From assembly GCA_963595425.1 (NCBI GenBank), contig CAVBHN010000011.1:243-64242 (forward strand): a DNA stretch of 64,000 nt, written 5' to 3'. The notes beneath the pieces were generated by a model. The model made no database searches, was not told the DNA's origin, and saw nothing but the letters and a program-made list of their open reading frames with translations. This DNA comes from Faecalibacterium sp. CAG:74. GTDB taxonomy: Bacteria; Bacillota; Clostridia; Lachnospirales; Lachnospiraceae. A program made the translations under genes and the position numbers. Positions 39,354 to 49,795 of the stretch are shown here, in pieces; position 1 is the stretch's first letter; every line of letters starts with the position of its first letter.

Positions 39354-42194
39354 ATGTCTGAAGTATCGCCCTTTATTAAAATAAGAGGAGCTGCCGAAAA
39401 CAATCTGAAAAAAATAGATATAGATATTCCGAGAAATAAGCTTGTAGTTTTAACAGGACTGTCAGGCTCGGGAAAAAGCTCCTTGGCATTCGATACTATT
39501 TATGCCGAGGGTCAGAGAAGATATATGGAAAGCCTTTCATCTTATGCAAGGCAGTTTCTTGGACAAATGGAAAAGCCGAAGGTTGAAAGTATCGAAGGGC
39601 TTCCGCCTGCTATTTCTATTGATCAGAAGGGAACAAACAGAAATCCCAGATCAACAGTAGGAACCGTAACTGAGATATATGATTACCTTAGACTTCTTTA
39701 TGCAAGAACTGGTATACCACATTGCCCTAAGTGCGGACGTGAAATTCAAAAGCAGAGCATAGATCAAATAGTTGATAAGGTAATGAGTCTACCTGAAAGA
39801 ACCAAAATCCAGCTTTTAGCACCCATTGTCAGAGGGAAAAAGGGCCGACATGAAAAGGTATTGGCACAGGCAAAAAAAAGCGGTTATATAAGAGCTGTTA
39901 TTGATGGAAATCAGTATGAACTTTCAGAGGAAATAACTCTCGACAAAAATATTAAGCATAATATAGAAATTGTAGTAGACAGGCTTATCGTAAAAGCCGG
40001 AATAGAAAAAAGACTTACAGATTCTATCGAAAATGTCATGGATCTCACGGATGGAATTCTTGTAGTCGATACTATGGATGGTAATATGCTGAGGTACAGT
40101 CAGAGCTTTTCATGCCCCGACTGTGATATAAGTATAGATGAAATAGAACCAAGAAGCTTTTCGTTTAACAATCCATTCGGTGCATGTCCTAAATGCCTCG
40201 GACTTGGATATAAAATGGAATTTTCCGAAAAACTTATAATACCTGATCCGTCACTTTCGATTTCAGAAGGTGCCATAGAGGTTCCGGGATGGCAGTCCTG
40301 TACGGATAAAACAAGCTTTACATATGCGGTTTTAGATGCTCTCAGTAAAAGATACGGCTTTTCACTTGATACACCGTTTAATAAATATTCTAAGGAGATT
40401 CATGATATACTGATCTATGGAACGAACAATGAGACAGTGCAGGTTCAGTATAGAAGCCAGAGGGGACAGGGTGTTTACGATGTTGCATTTGAAGGAATAA
40501 TAAAAAACTGCGAGAGAAAATACAAAGAGACAGCTTCTGATTGGAGTAGGCAGGAAATGGAAAAGTTTATGGAAATAAATCCCTGCAGCGTATGCAAGGG
40601 GCAAAGGCTTAAGCCTGCTGCTCTTGCCGTTACGGTAGGTGACAAAAATATTCATGAGCTTACACAGCTGTCAATAGACGATACAGTGGATTTCTTTGAT
40701 AAATTAACGCTTACAAAACAGCAGGAGCTTATAGGTCATCAGATCATTAAGGAAATAAAATCAAGAATAGGCTTTTTAAAGGATGTAGGACTCAATTATC
40801 TTACTCTTGCAAGGTCTACAGGATCGCTTTCCGGGGGAGAAGCTCAAAGAATAAGACTTGCTACACAGATCGGCTCAGGACTTGTAGGAGTGGCATATAT
40901 TTTGGATGAGCCGAGTATAGGTCTTCATCAAAGAGATAACGGCAAGCTTTTATCGGCACTCAAGCATTTGAGAGATTTGGGAAACTCACTCATTGTGGTT
41001 GAACATGATGAGGAGACTATGAGAGAGGCTGACTGCATTGTAGATATCGGACCCGGAGCAGGAAGCGGCGGCGGACGTCTTGTTGCAATGGGAACAGTTG
41101 AGGATATCGAAGGCTGTCCTGAATCTGTTACAGGAGATTATTTAAGTGGCAGAAGGGTTATACCTATACCGGATGAAAGAAAAGAACCAACAGGATGGAT
41201 AACCGTAAGGGGCGCAAGAGAGCACAATTTAAAAAATATAGATGTTAAATTTCCGACAGGTGTTCTTACCTGTGTGACAGGTGTTTCGGGCTCCGGTAAA
41301 AGCTCTCTCGTCAACGAGATTTTATATAAGGTATTAGCTAAAAAGCTGAACAGGATGCATACTGTACCGGGTGAGTATGACAGTATAGAGGGAATTGAGC
41401 AGCTGGACAAAATAATAAGCATAGATCAATCTCCGATAGGACGCACTCCGAGATCAAATCCGGCTACATATACCGGAATTTTTGACCTGATAAGAGATCT
41501 GTTTGCAGCTACAGCAGATGCCAAGGCAAGAGGCTATAAAAAGGGACGCTTCAGCTTTAACGTAAAGGGCGGAAGGTGTGAATCCTGTAAGGGCGACGGA
41601 ATAATCAAAATTGAAATGCATTTCCTGCCGGATGTATATGTACCATGTGAGGTATGCAAGGGGAAAAGATATAACAGAGAAACTCTGGATGTAAAATATA
41701 AGGGCAAAAATATTTATGAAGTGCTGGATATGACAGTAGAGGAGGCTTTGCCTTTTTTTGATGCAATACCTTCATTAAAAAGAAAAATCCAGACTTTATA
41801 TGATGTAGGACTTTCATATATAAAGCTTGGACAGCCTTCAACACTTTTATCAGGCGGAGAGGCTCAACGAGTAAAGCTTGCTACCGAGCTGTCCAAAAGG
41901 AGTACCGGAAAAACTATTTATATTTTGGATGAGCCGACAACAGGTCTTCATTTTGCGGATGTTCACAAATTAGTTGACATACTTAAGGAGCTTTCATCAA
42001 GAGGAAATACCGTAATTGTAATCGAACATAACCTTGATGTTATCAAGACTGCGGATTATATTATTGATATGGGACCTGACGGTGGAAGTGGCGGCGGAAC
42101 GGCTATCGCATTCGGAACACCTGAAGAGATAAGCAGGGTCAAGGAATCATATACGGGACAGTATCTTAAGAAGATTTTAAATAATAAAGGTTGA
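39354..42194 (+). CDS. uvrA: Excinuclease ABC subunit A
   Basis: Two ABC P-loops ([18 protein letters not shown]), LSGGE signatures, and zinc modules ([30 protein letters not shown]). Confidence 0.93.
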   Translation: MSEVSPFIKIRGAAENNLKKIDIDIPRNKLVVLTGLSGSGKSSLAFDTIYAEGQRRYMESLSSYARQFLGQMEKPKVESIEGLPPAISIDQKGTNRNPRSTVGTVTEIYDYLRLLYARTGIPHCPKCGREIQKQSIDQIVDKVMSLPERTKIQLLAPIVRGKKGRHEKVLAQAKKSGYIRAVIDGNQYELSEEITLDKNIKHNIEIVVDRLIVKAGIEKRLTDSIENVMDLTDGILVVDTMDGNMLRYSQSFSCPDCDISIDEIEPRSFSFNNPFGACPKCLGLGYKMEFSEKLIIPDPSLSISEGAIEVPGWQSCTDKTSFTYAVLDALSKRYGFSLDTPFNKYSKEIHDILIYGTNNETVQVQYRSQRGQGVYDVAFEGIIKNCERKYKETASDWSRQEMEKFMEINPCSVCKGQRLKPAALAVTVGDKNIHELTQLSIDDTVDFFDKLTLTKQQELIGHQIIKEIKSRIGFLKDVGLNYLTLARSTGSLSGGEAQRIRLATQIGSGLVGVAYILDEPSIGLHQRDNGKLLSALKHLRDLGNSLIVVEHDEETMREADCIVDIGPGAGSGGGRLVAMGTVEDIEGCPESVTGDYLSGRRVIPIPDERKEPTGWITVRGAREHNLKNIDVKFPTGVLTCVTGVSGSGKSSLVNEILYKVLAKKLNRMHTVPGEYDSIEGIEQLDKIISIDQSPIGRTPRSNPATYTGIFDLIRDLFAATADAKARGYKKGRFSFNVKGGRCESCKGDGIIKIEMHFLPDVYVPCEVCKGKRYNRETLDVKYKGKNIYEVLDMTVEEALPFFDAIPSLKRKIQTLYDVGLSYIKLGQPSTLLSGGEAQRVKLATELSKRSTGKTIYILDEPTTGLHFADVHKLVDILKELSSRGNTVIVIEHNLDVIKTADYIIDMGPDGGSGGGTAIAFGTPEEISRVKESYTGQYLKKILNNKG

Positions 42195-42205
42195 AAGGAG
42201 AATTT

Positions 42206-43198
42206 ATGTCCTACGCAACAGACATAGGCATAGACCTTGGAACGACCAGTATCGTTATATATATAAAAAATAAGGGAATAGTGTTAAAGGAGCCTGAGGT
42301 TATTGCTTACGACAGGGATGCCGAGAAAATCAGTGCATTCGGTGAGGAGGCAAGGCAGATGATAGGCCGTACTCCCGGCAATATTGCAGGTATAAGACCT
42401 CTTAAAGAGGGCATTATTTCCGATTATGTTATGACTGAGGAAATGCTTCGATATTTTATACAGAAGGCAGTAGGCAGACGAGGCTTTTTAAAGCCGCGTA
42501 TAGTCATCAGTGTACCCAGTCGCCTTACATATGTTGAAAAAAGAGCACTTGAGGAGGCTGCATATCAGGCGGGTGCAAAGGAGGTATTTCTGGTTGAAGA
42601 GACTATTGCAGCTGCTATAGGCATCGGACTTGATGTTAATCGTCCTGAAGGCAATATGATAGTTGATATCGGTGGAGGAACAACAGATATAGCAATAATC
42701 ACATCAGGAGGAATAGCCAAATCAGCCTGTATACAAACCGGAGGCAATAAGTTTACCGAGGGAATAATAAGATATCTGAGAAAATCACATCTTTTATTTA
42801 TAGGCGAACAGACAGCAGAGGCGATCAAGGTAAAAATAGGCTCTGCATGGAAGGGCAAGAGAGATAAGTCAATGCAGGTAAAGGGAAGAAATGTTTTTAC
42901 AGGTCTTCCGAATAAAGTGATTATTTCATCTGATGAGCTTGTATATCCGCTTCGACAGATTGCTGATAAAATTGCTGATTCGGTATGCAGTGTTTTGGAA
43001 CAAACAACACCTGAGCTTGCAAATGATATTGCAAGAAGAGGGATAATTCTTACAGGCGGCGGAGCAATGCTTAAGGGAATAGAGGATGTAATAAAAAACA
43101 GAACCGGTATCGATACCGTAACAGCTGAAAATCCTGACAGCAATGTCGCACTCGGAACAGGAAGGTATCTCAATATTTTTGATAAATATGAACGATAA
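42206..43198 (+). CDS. mreB: MreB/Mbl-family actin-like rod-shape protein (paralogue, no mreCD adjacent)
   Basis: IGIDLGTT and DIGGGTTD phosphate-binding motifs. 330 aa. The ATG at 42206 follows AAAGGAG. Confidence 0.85.
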   Translation: MSYATDIGIDLGTTSIVIYIKNKGIVLKEPEVIAYDRDAEKISAFGEEARQMIGRTPGNIAGIRPLKEGIISDYVMTEEMLRYFIQKAVGRRGFLKPRIVISVPSRLTYVEKRALEEAAYQAGAKEVFLVEETIAAAIGIGLDVNRPEGNMIVDIGGGTTDIAIITSGGIAKSACIQTGGNKFTEGIIRYLRKSHLLFIGEQTAEAIKVKIGSAWKGKRDKSMQVKGRNVFTGLPNKVIISSDELVYPLRQIADKIADSVCSVLEQTTPELANDIARRGIILTGGGAMLKGIEDVIKNRTGIDTVTAENPDSNVALGTGRYLNIFDKYER

Positions 43199-45422
43199 AT
43201 TAGAAGGCTATGTTGAACATATAATTTTCAGAAATGAAGAAAACGGATATACAGTTTTTGAGCTTGGAAAAGAAAAGGAGCCTATATGCTGTACCGGCAT
43301 CCTTCATAATATAAATGAAGGAGAATATCTTGAACTGACAGGTTCATATATTATGCATAATATATACGGAAAGCAGTTTAAGATTACAAATTATATTATT
43401 AAAATCCCAAAGGAACAGCAGGCTCTTGAGAGATATTTGGGCAGCGGTGCAATAAAAGGTATTGGCGCTGCCTTGGCTTCCAGAATTATTAAAAGCTTTG
43501 GAGAGGATACTCTTCATATTATTGAAACAGAGCCTGAAAGACTGGCTGAAATTAAAGGAATAAGTGAAAAAAAAGCAAAGGATATCGCAGCTCAGATTAT
43601 TGAAAAGTCTCAGTTTCAAAGCGAAATGATATTCCTGTCAGGCTACGGTATTTCACTTAATTTATGTCTAAAAATCCATAATAAATATCATGACAGGATA
43701 TATGATATTTTACAGGATAATCCATATAAGCTTGCAGAGGAGATAGAGGGCATAGGCTTTAAAATAGCTGACTCTATTGCTCTTAAGGCAGGTATCAGAT
43801 TAAATTCACCATATCGAATAAAAAGCGGATTTTTATATGTGCTTTTTCTGGCACTGGGACAGGGGCATATGTATTTACCGAAGAATATTTTGTTTGCAAG
43901 GACAGCTGAGCTTCTGAATATAAGCGAGGATGAGCTTGATAAGCATTTTATGGATCTTATAATTGAAAAAAAGATAGTCGTAAAGAAGCACGAAGAGCAG
44001 CTGTCAAATGAGCTTGAAACGATAGTTTATTCTTATAAGAACTATTATCTTGAATTGAATACGGCATCAATGCTAAAAAGCCTAAATGTTGTAAAGGAAG
44101 AGGATTATGACTTTATACATAAGATAATTGACAATATAGAAAAAGAAAGCAATATCCGTTTGGATAAGCTTCAGAAGGAAGCTGTTGAAAAGGCCGCATT
44201 AAACGGTGTTTTTATTCTGACTGGAGGCCCCGGAACCGGAAAAACAACAACAATTAATTCTATGATTCGTTATTTTGAAGCTCTTAATATGTCTATTTTA
44301 TTGGCAGCACCTACCGGAAGAGCAGCAAAGAGGATGCAGGAGGCTACAGGATATGAGGCTTCAACTATCCACAGAATGCTTGAGCTTTATGGAGATCCCG
44401 AGGATCCGGAGCAAAAGGCGAGATTTGGGCGAAATAAGGACAATCCTCTTGAGACAGATGTAATAATAATAGATGAAACCTCTATGCTTGATATCTTTCT
44501 TATGCATGCACTGCTGGAAGCAGTTTTGCCCGGTACAAGGATAATATTTGTCGGTGACATAAACCAGCTTCCGAGTGTCGGACCGGGGCGGGTTTTGAAC
44601 GACATGATCACCTCGGATCAATTTGCGGTTGTTAGGCTTAATAAAATATTCAGGCAGGCGGCAAAAAGCGATATTGTTGTAAATGCACATCTTATCAATG
44701 CGGGCAAAAGCATCAGACTTGATAATCACAGTGATGATTTTTTCTTTTTGAAACGGGATGATGTGAGAGTTATTCAAAAGGTAGTTGTATCGCTTGTAAA
44801 GGAAAAGCTTCCAAAGCTTCTTAATATGTCAAGCAGGGACATTCAGGTTTTGACTCCTATGAGAAAGGGAGCATTAGGAGCAATAAATCTAAATATACTT
44901 CTGCAGAAATATATAAATCCTTATGATGCTTCAAAGCCGGAATATGATAACGGTCATACTGTATTCAGAGTTGGCGACAAGGTTATGCAGATAAAAAATA
45001 ATTATCAGCTTGAGTGGGTTATAAACGGAAAGCATGATATCCCGGTTAAATACGGATCGGGTGTTTTTAACGGAGACATGGGATATATTAAGAATGTAGA
45101 TAAATTTCTGGAAATCGTAACAATAGAATTTGATGATTCGAGGATATCAGAGTATTCATTTAAGCAGCTTGATGAGCTTGAGCTTGCATATGCGATCACG
45201 GTTCATAAGGCACAGGGAAGCGAATATCCGGCAATTGTAATGCCGCTTTTATCCGGACCAAGCATGCTGATGACCAGAAATCTTTTATATACAGCTGTTA
45301 CAAGAGCGAAAAGCTGTGTAGTTCTGACAGGTAATCCCGAGCTTGTAGATACAATGATAGAAAATGAAACTGAGGACGAAAGGTATACTTCACTTCAAAA
45401 CAGATTATTGGAATTTATATGA
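43188..45422 (+). CDS. recD2: SF1B ATP-dependent RecD-like DNA helicase (RecD2)
   Basis: N-terminal LEGYVEHIIFRNEENGYTVFEL is typical of RecD2. HhH region, Walker A LTGGPGTGKTT, and AITVHKAQGSEY are present. The start at 43188 overlaps the mreB stop; 43143 is an alternative start. Confidence 0.85.
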   Translation: MNDKLEGYVEHIIFRNEENGYTVFELGKEKEPICCTGILHNINEGEYLELTGSYIMHNIYGKQFKITNYIIKIPKEQQALERYLGSGAIKGIGAALASRIIKSFGEDTLHIIETEPERLAEIKGISEKKAKDIAAQIIEKSQFQSEMIFLSGYGISLNLCLKIHNKYHDRIYDILQDNPYKLAEEIEGIGFKIADSIALKAGIRLNSPYRIKSGFLYVLFLALGQGHMYLPKNILFARTAELLNISEDELDKHFMDLIIEKKIVVKKHEEQLSNELETIVYSYKNYYLELNTASMLKSLNVVKEEDYDFIHKIIDNIEKESNIRLDKLQKEAVEKAALNGVFILTGGPGTGKTTTINSMIRYFEALNMSILLAAPTGRAAKRMQEATGYEASTIHRMLELYGDPEDPEQKARFGRNKDNPLETDVIIIDETSMLDIFLMHALLEAVLPGTRIIFVGDINQLPSVGPGRVLNDMITSDQFAVVRLNKIFRQAAKSDIVVNAHLINAGKSIRLDNHSDDFFFLKRDDVRVIQKVVVSLVKEKLPKLLNMSSRDIQVLTPMRKGALGAINLNILLQKYINPYDASKPEYDNGHTVFRVGDKVMQIKNNYQLEWVINGKHDIPVKYGSGVFNGDMGYIKNVDKFLEIVTIEFDDSRISEYSFKQLDELELAYAITVHKAQGSEYPAIVMPLLSGPSMLMTRNLLYTAVTRAKSCVVLTGNPELVDTMIENETEDERYTSLQNRLLEFI

Positions 45423-46129
45423 TAAATAAATTTGCAGATACATTATTAAATACTATTTATCCTAAAAGATGTCCTCTTTGCGACGGATTGCTGAAGATAG
45501 ATGAACCCTTGATATGCAGAAAATGTGCATGTCATTTCAGCTTTATTAAAGGAAGAACATGCAAAAGATGCGGGAGAGTATTAAAGAGCCTGTATGAAGA
45601 GGAATGTGCAGAATGTCTAAAGCGTGAGCCGTTGTTTGATATTGCGTTTGCTCCGTTTAAGTATACAGGAGACATAAAGGAATCACTTATGAGGTTCAAA
45701 TATCATGGAAGAGCGGAATATGCTTCATTTTATGCTAAGTCTATATGGGCATATGGCGAAAAAACGATAAGACTTTTCAACCCGAAGCTTATAGTAAATG
45801 TACCTGTTTACAGAAAACGACTGGCTGCAAGGGGTTATGATCAGGCATATCTTATAGCAAAGGAGCTTTCAAAAATATCCTGTATAAATGCAGAAAAAAA
45901 TGCTATAAAGAGAATAAAGAATACAAAGGCGCAAAAGGAGTTGGGAAGCGAGGAGCGCCGAAAAAATATAGCAGATGCATTTGAGAATTCATACAAAAAG
46001 AAATTTCCTGACAGGATTTTACTGATAGATGATATTCTGACAACAGGAAGCACTGCAGATGCTGTATGCGCTGTGCTTAGAGAGGGAGGAGCAAGGCATA
46101 TATGCCTTGCCTGCGTGGCTGTTTCCTGA
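45419..46129 (+). CDS. comFC: ComF family protein (phosphoribosyltransferase-like, ComFC)
   Basis: N-terminal Cys4 (CPLC...CRKC; CKRC...CAEC) and the PRTase motif LLIDDILTTGST. ATGA overlap with recD2. Confidence 0.85.
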   Translation: MINKFADTLLNTIYPKRCPLCDGLLKIDEPLICRKCACHFSFIKGRTCKRCGRVLKSLYEEECAECLKREPLFDIAFAPFKYTGDIKESLMRFKYHGRAEYASFYAKSIWAYGEKTIRLFNPKLIVNVPVYRKRLAARGYDQAYLIAKELSKISCINAEKNAIKRIKNTKAQKELGSEERRKNIADAFENSYKKKFPDRILLIDDILTTGSTADAVCAVLREGGARHICLACVAVS

Positions 46130-46205
46130 CTTGCATATGAATAATTTGTATGTTAAAATTTATCATCGTGGTGTCTTATGCATTCATGCTGTTTAAGGAG
46201 CTTTT

Positions 46206-46631
46206 ATGTTAAATAAAAAGAAGTTAAAGGCTATGATTGACCTTGCTATGTATGAACAGGGAGATGGCAGGGAGGATATTGCAATAAGCAAATATTATTT
46301 AAAGGACTACATCACCTTTGGTATACTCAAAAATATTCTGCTTATTACAATAGCTTATGTAGCTATATTATTTTTTGTATTTATAAGTAATTTTGAAAAT
46401 ATTGCTGCCGAAATTTCAAATATGAGAATGCAGCCCATGCTTATAGGTATATTGATATTTTATCTTGTACTTATTGCATTGTTTTCAGTAGCTGTAATAG
46501 TAGTAAGAAAGATTAAGTACAGAAATGCTGTAAATAGGGTCAAAAAATATTACAAAAAGCTGCGAGAACTTGAAAGCCTATATAAGGAAGAAGCACTTTC
46601 GGAGGGTAATATAAAGGAGAAGCATAAATAA
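46206..46631 (+). CDS. Hypothetical membrane protein (2 TM, 141 aa)
   Basis: Two hydrophobic helices flanked by basic residues and a charged C-terminal tail. No family recognised. The stop overlaps the next ATG (TAATG). Confidence 0.5.
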   Translation: MLNKKKLKAMIDLAMYEQGDGREDIAISKYYLKDYITFGILKNILLITIAYVAILFFVFISNFENIAAEISNMRMQPMLIGILIFYLVLIALFSVAVIVVRKIKYRNAVNRVKKYYKKLRELESLYKEEALSEGNIKEKHK

Positions 46632-47587
46632 TGAAAAGCCTTACCGCACTCAAGGAAAATATTATCCGATTTTATAACAGATCGGATGTTTACCTTTTGC
46701 CTATATTAAAATTTATACTTGCATTTCTTTTGTTTTTCGGGATTAACCTGAATTATGGTTATATGCAAAGCATTAATAATATTTTTGTTGTCATTATTCT
46801 TGCACTGGTATGCGCTTTATTGCCCATAAGCGGAACCGTAGCCATAGGCATAATATTGATTATTATCCATTGCTTCGGACTTGGAGTTGAAATCGGAGCA
46901 ATAGCAACGGGAATGTATCTTTTGATGCTTGTTTTTGTCCTGCGCTTTATTAAGCATGATGCTTTAGGAATATTGCTTACGCCGTTTGCATTTAAATTTA
47001 ATTTACAGGCTGCTATTCCGGTATCAATGGGAATGCTTGGAAAGGCTACATCTGCAGTTACTGCGGTATGCTCGGTTATATCCTATTTCTTTTTAAAACA
47101 GCTTCCTGTTATTTCGGAGCTTAAAAATGCAGGTGAGCTTTCTAATTTAGAAATTATAAAAAGTGCAATCGGAGCTATAACAGGCAATCTTGAGCTATTG
47201 ATGAATGCTATTGTATTTGCCGCAGTTGTTTTAATAGTTTACTTTATACGTAAATTATGTACTACCTACGGATGGCTGATATCTATAATTATCGGAACGG
47301 CTGTATATATTTCACTCATCATGTGCGGTTCTGTATTTCTTGATATAGATTTCAATTTATTGCAGCATTTGATAGGATCCGCAATATCTATATTAATTTC
47401 GATAATAATCGCATTTTTTAATATGGATGCAAATTATAAGGGGTCACAATATCTTCAATTTGAGGATGACGACTATTATTATTATGTAAAAGCCATTCCA
47501 AAAAATAAATCTGACGAGTTTTATGATGAATATGATATGGAAGATGAGGACGAGGAGTATTTTAATACTGACATCGATGAGGAATGA
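46631..47587 (+). CDS. Hypothetical polytopic membrane protein with strongly acidic C-terminal tail (318 aa)
   Basis: About 7-8 hydrophobic segments. The C-terminus is FEDDDYYYYV...DEFYDEYDMEDEDEEYFNTDIDEE. No family recognised. It ends 28 nt upstream of cdaA. Confidence 0.5.
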   Translation: MKSLTALKENIIRFYNRSDVYLLPILKFILAFLLFFGINLNYGYMQSINNIFVVIILALVCALLPISGTVAIGIILIIIHCFGLGVEIGAIATGMYLLMLVFVLRFIKHDALGILLTPFAFKFNLQAAIPVSMGMLGKATSAVTAVCSVISYFFLKQLPVISELKNAGELSNLEIIKSAIGAITGNLELLMNAIVFAAVVLIVYFIRKLCTTYGWLISIIIGTAVYISLIMCGSVFLDIDFNLLQHLIGSAISILISIIIAFFNMDANYKGSQYLQFEDDDYYYYVKAIPKNKSDEFYDEYDMEDEDEEYFNTDIDEE

Positions 47588-47615
47588 ATAATTACCTAAG
47601 AAAGGAGCTTTATAT

Positions 47616-48482
47616 ATGGAAAAAGCATGGAGCTGGTTTCAAATAAATATACTTCAGTGGCTTTATCCGCCAAAGCAAATTGAGATAATTGATATTATTC
47701 AGATTGCTTTGATTGCTTATTTCGTATATCATCTCATTCTTTGGTTTAACAATACAAGAGCATATGCACTGTTAAAGGGAATGCTTTTCATAATCGGATT
47801 TGTTATTCTGGCAAATATTTTGCATATGGATACTATAGTATGGCTTATAAATAATCTGAGTGTAGTTGCCATAACCGCATTGGTAATTATATTTCAGCCT
47901 GAGCTTAGAAAGGTTCTTGAAAAGATGGGCCATAAGAACCCGTTTGTATCGCTTTTTTCCCTTGGAAGGTATTCCGGAGAGGTGCCTAAGCGATTTTCTG
48001 ATGCATCATTAAATGAAATAATACGATCAGTTTATGAAATGGCTGAAATGAAAACAGGTGCCTTGATCGTTATAGAAGAAAACGTGAAGCTGAACGAATA
48101 TGTACAGACCGGAATCATGATCGATGCGGCAATTTCAAGTCAGCTTATTTCAAATATATTTGAACACAACACACCTCTTCATGATGGTGCAGTGATAATC
48201 CGCGATGACAGAGTGGTTGCAGCTACCTGCTATTTACCATTGTCAGAAAATATGGATATTAATAAAAAGCTCGGAACAAGGCATAGGGCAGGTCTTGGCA
48301 TATCTGAAATTTCAGACAGCTTTACCATTATTGTTTCGGAGGAAACAGGTAAGGTGTCTTATGCTTATGAGGGACGGCTTGTAACAGGAGTTGTGCTCAG
48401 CGATCTTCGTGAGAAATTGCATAAGGTTCAGCTGATAGGAAACCAGGAAAGTTCTCTTTTTAGAAGAATGGAGGATGACTAA
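47616..48482 (+). CDS. cdaA: Diadenylate cyclase CdaA (membrane-anchored DAC domain)
   Basis: Three N-terminal TM helices, then the DAC motifs HDGAVII and GTRHRAGLGISE. Confidence 0.9.
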   Translation: MEKAWSWFQINILQWLYPPKQIEIIDIIQIALIAYFVYHLILWFNNTRAYALLKGMLFIIGFVILANILHMDTIVWLINNLSVVAITALVIIFQPELRKVLEKMGHKNPFVSLFSLGRYSGEVPKRFSDASLNEIIRSVYEMAEMKTGALIVIEENVKLNEYVQTGIMIDAAISSQLISNIFEHNTPLHDGAVIIRDDRVVAATCYLPLSENMDINKKLGTRHRAGLGISEISDSFTIIVSEETGKVSYAYEGRLVTGVVLSDLREKLHKVQLIGNQESSLFRRMEDD

Positions 48483-49795
48483 TGGGACGTTTTATTAATG
48501 CAATAACAAAGAATTTTCCTATCAAGATCATATCTGTTTTTATAGCAATTGTAATCTGGTACATGGTTGTATACAATAACGATCCTATCATTACCCAGAG
48601 CTATCAGGTACATATTACAGTAGCAAATGAATCATATATTGCTAACGGAAAACAGCTTTATATGATTGATGAAGAATATAAAACCGTTACAGTATATATA
48701 AAAGCTAACAGATCTATGCTTGATAATATAAGTGCAGATGATATTAATGTTACGGCAGATCTTACACAAATTGTCGATCTTGAAAGATCACCTATAATGG
48801 TTCCTTTAAGCGTTTCGTGTGACGGAATTGATGAAACGGATATTTCGCTTTCGCGTTATGCCATACCTATAACTATAGAAAATGTAGAGAGCAAAAAGCT
48901 GTCTGTATCTGTTTCAACAGAAGAGACCGCAGTAAATAAGGATTATGAAATCGGAAAGATGACTCCGTCGCCGTCCGCGATAACTATATACGGACCGGAA
49001 TCGGTTATCAATAACATAGAAAGCGCTGTTGTAAAAATAGATGTTTCAGGCCTTTCCGAGAACAAAACACTTACAGGAAAGCTGGCATTTATAGATAAGA
49101 ATCAGGATGAAATTTCGGATACAATAATGCAGGATGATATAACGATTGAAGGCGGTGAGCCCGATATGACAGTTGATGTTGAGCTTTGGAAAAAGCAGTC
49201 GGATATATCGCTGCAGGTCGAATACAGTGGATTGCCTGCTAACGGATATCAAATCGGAACGATAACTACGACACCTGATAATCTGACGCTTGCGGGAACC
49301 GATGATGCCCTCAAGCTTTTAGAGCAGAATGGCAATAAGATTGTTATTCCATCAAGCGTTGTTGATGTAACAGGCTTATCATCAGATAAACAGATAGAGA
49401 TAGATCTTGCTAAATATCTTCCTGAAAATACAAAGCTGTCATCGTCGATGAATGAAACAGCTACGATTTATATAACCGTATTGCCTGTCGGGGCTATAGA
49501 ATTTTCTTTAGATGTGGATGATATAGAGGTAAGCAATCTGGCATCTTCACTAACTGTATCATATGATAAAAACAGCGTTGTGATGCGCATAAGCGGTGAC
49601 TCGGATGTTCTGAATTCTTTAAAGCCTGAAGATATAAAGGCATCGATTGATTTGAAAAATTATACAGTGGGAGACTATTCTATACCAATAAATATTACAC
49701 TCCCGGATGGATGCTCGCTTGTTGAATCGGCAAGCATATCTATACATATTAAGGAAGGAGCAGAAAAAGAAACATCAACAGAGAAAAATGAATAA
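48482..49795 (+). CDS. cdaR: CdaA regulatory protein CdaR (YbbR-like repeat protein)
   Basis: N-terminal anchor followed by repeated about 90-aa beta-rich YbbR-type modules. ATG overlap with the cdaA stop, matching the conserved cdaA-cdaR order. Confidence 0.8.
   Translation: MGRFINAITKNFPIKIISVFIAIVIWYMVVYNNDPIITQSYQVHITVANESYIANGKQLYMIDEEYKTVTVYIKANRSMLDNISADDINVTADLTQIVDLERSPIMVPLSVSCDGIDETDISLSRYAIPITIENVESKKLSVSVSTEETAVNKDYEIGKMTPSPSAITIYGPESVINNIESAVVKIDVSGLSENKTLTGKLAFIDKNQDEISDTIMQDDITIEGGEPDMTVDVELWKKQSDISLQVEYSGLPANGYQIGTITTTPDNLTLAGTDDALKLLEQNGNKIVIPSSVVDVTGLSSDKQIEIDLAKYLPENTKLSSSMNETATIYITVLPVGAIEFSLDVDDIEVSNLASSLTVSYDKNSVVMRISGDSDVLNSLKPEDIKASIDLKNYTVGDYSIPINITLPDGCSLVESASISIHIKEGAEKETSTEKNE

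Noticed and set aside
42565-43173. 202-aa ORF antisense to the mreB paralogue
   Set aside because: It lies entirely inside a strongly supported CDS on the opposite strand. The sequence is low-complexity and Ser/Pro/Ile-rich, typical of the antisense frame. No start context.
49707-49787. N-terminal extensions in the ORF track, here 27 aa on the carboxypeptidase; the same applies at 43143, 31005, 12635, 53568 and 25831
   Set aside because: The internal ATGs have proper RBS spacing or begin canonical N-termini or signal peptides. The extensions overlap upstream genes or riboswitch and leader RNA.
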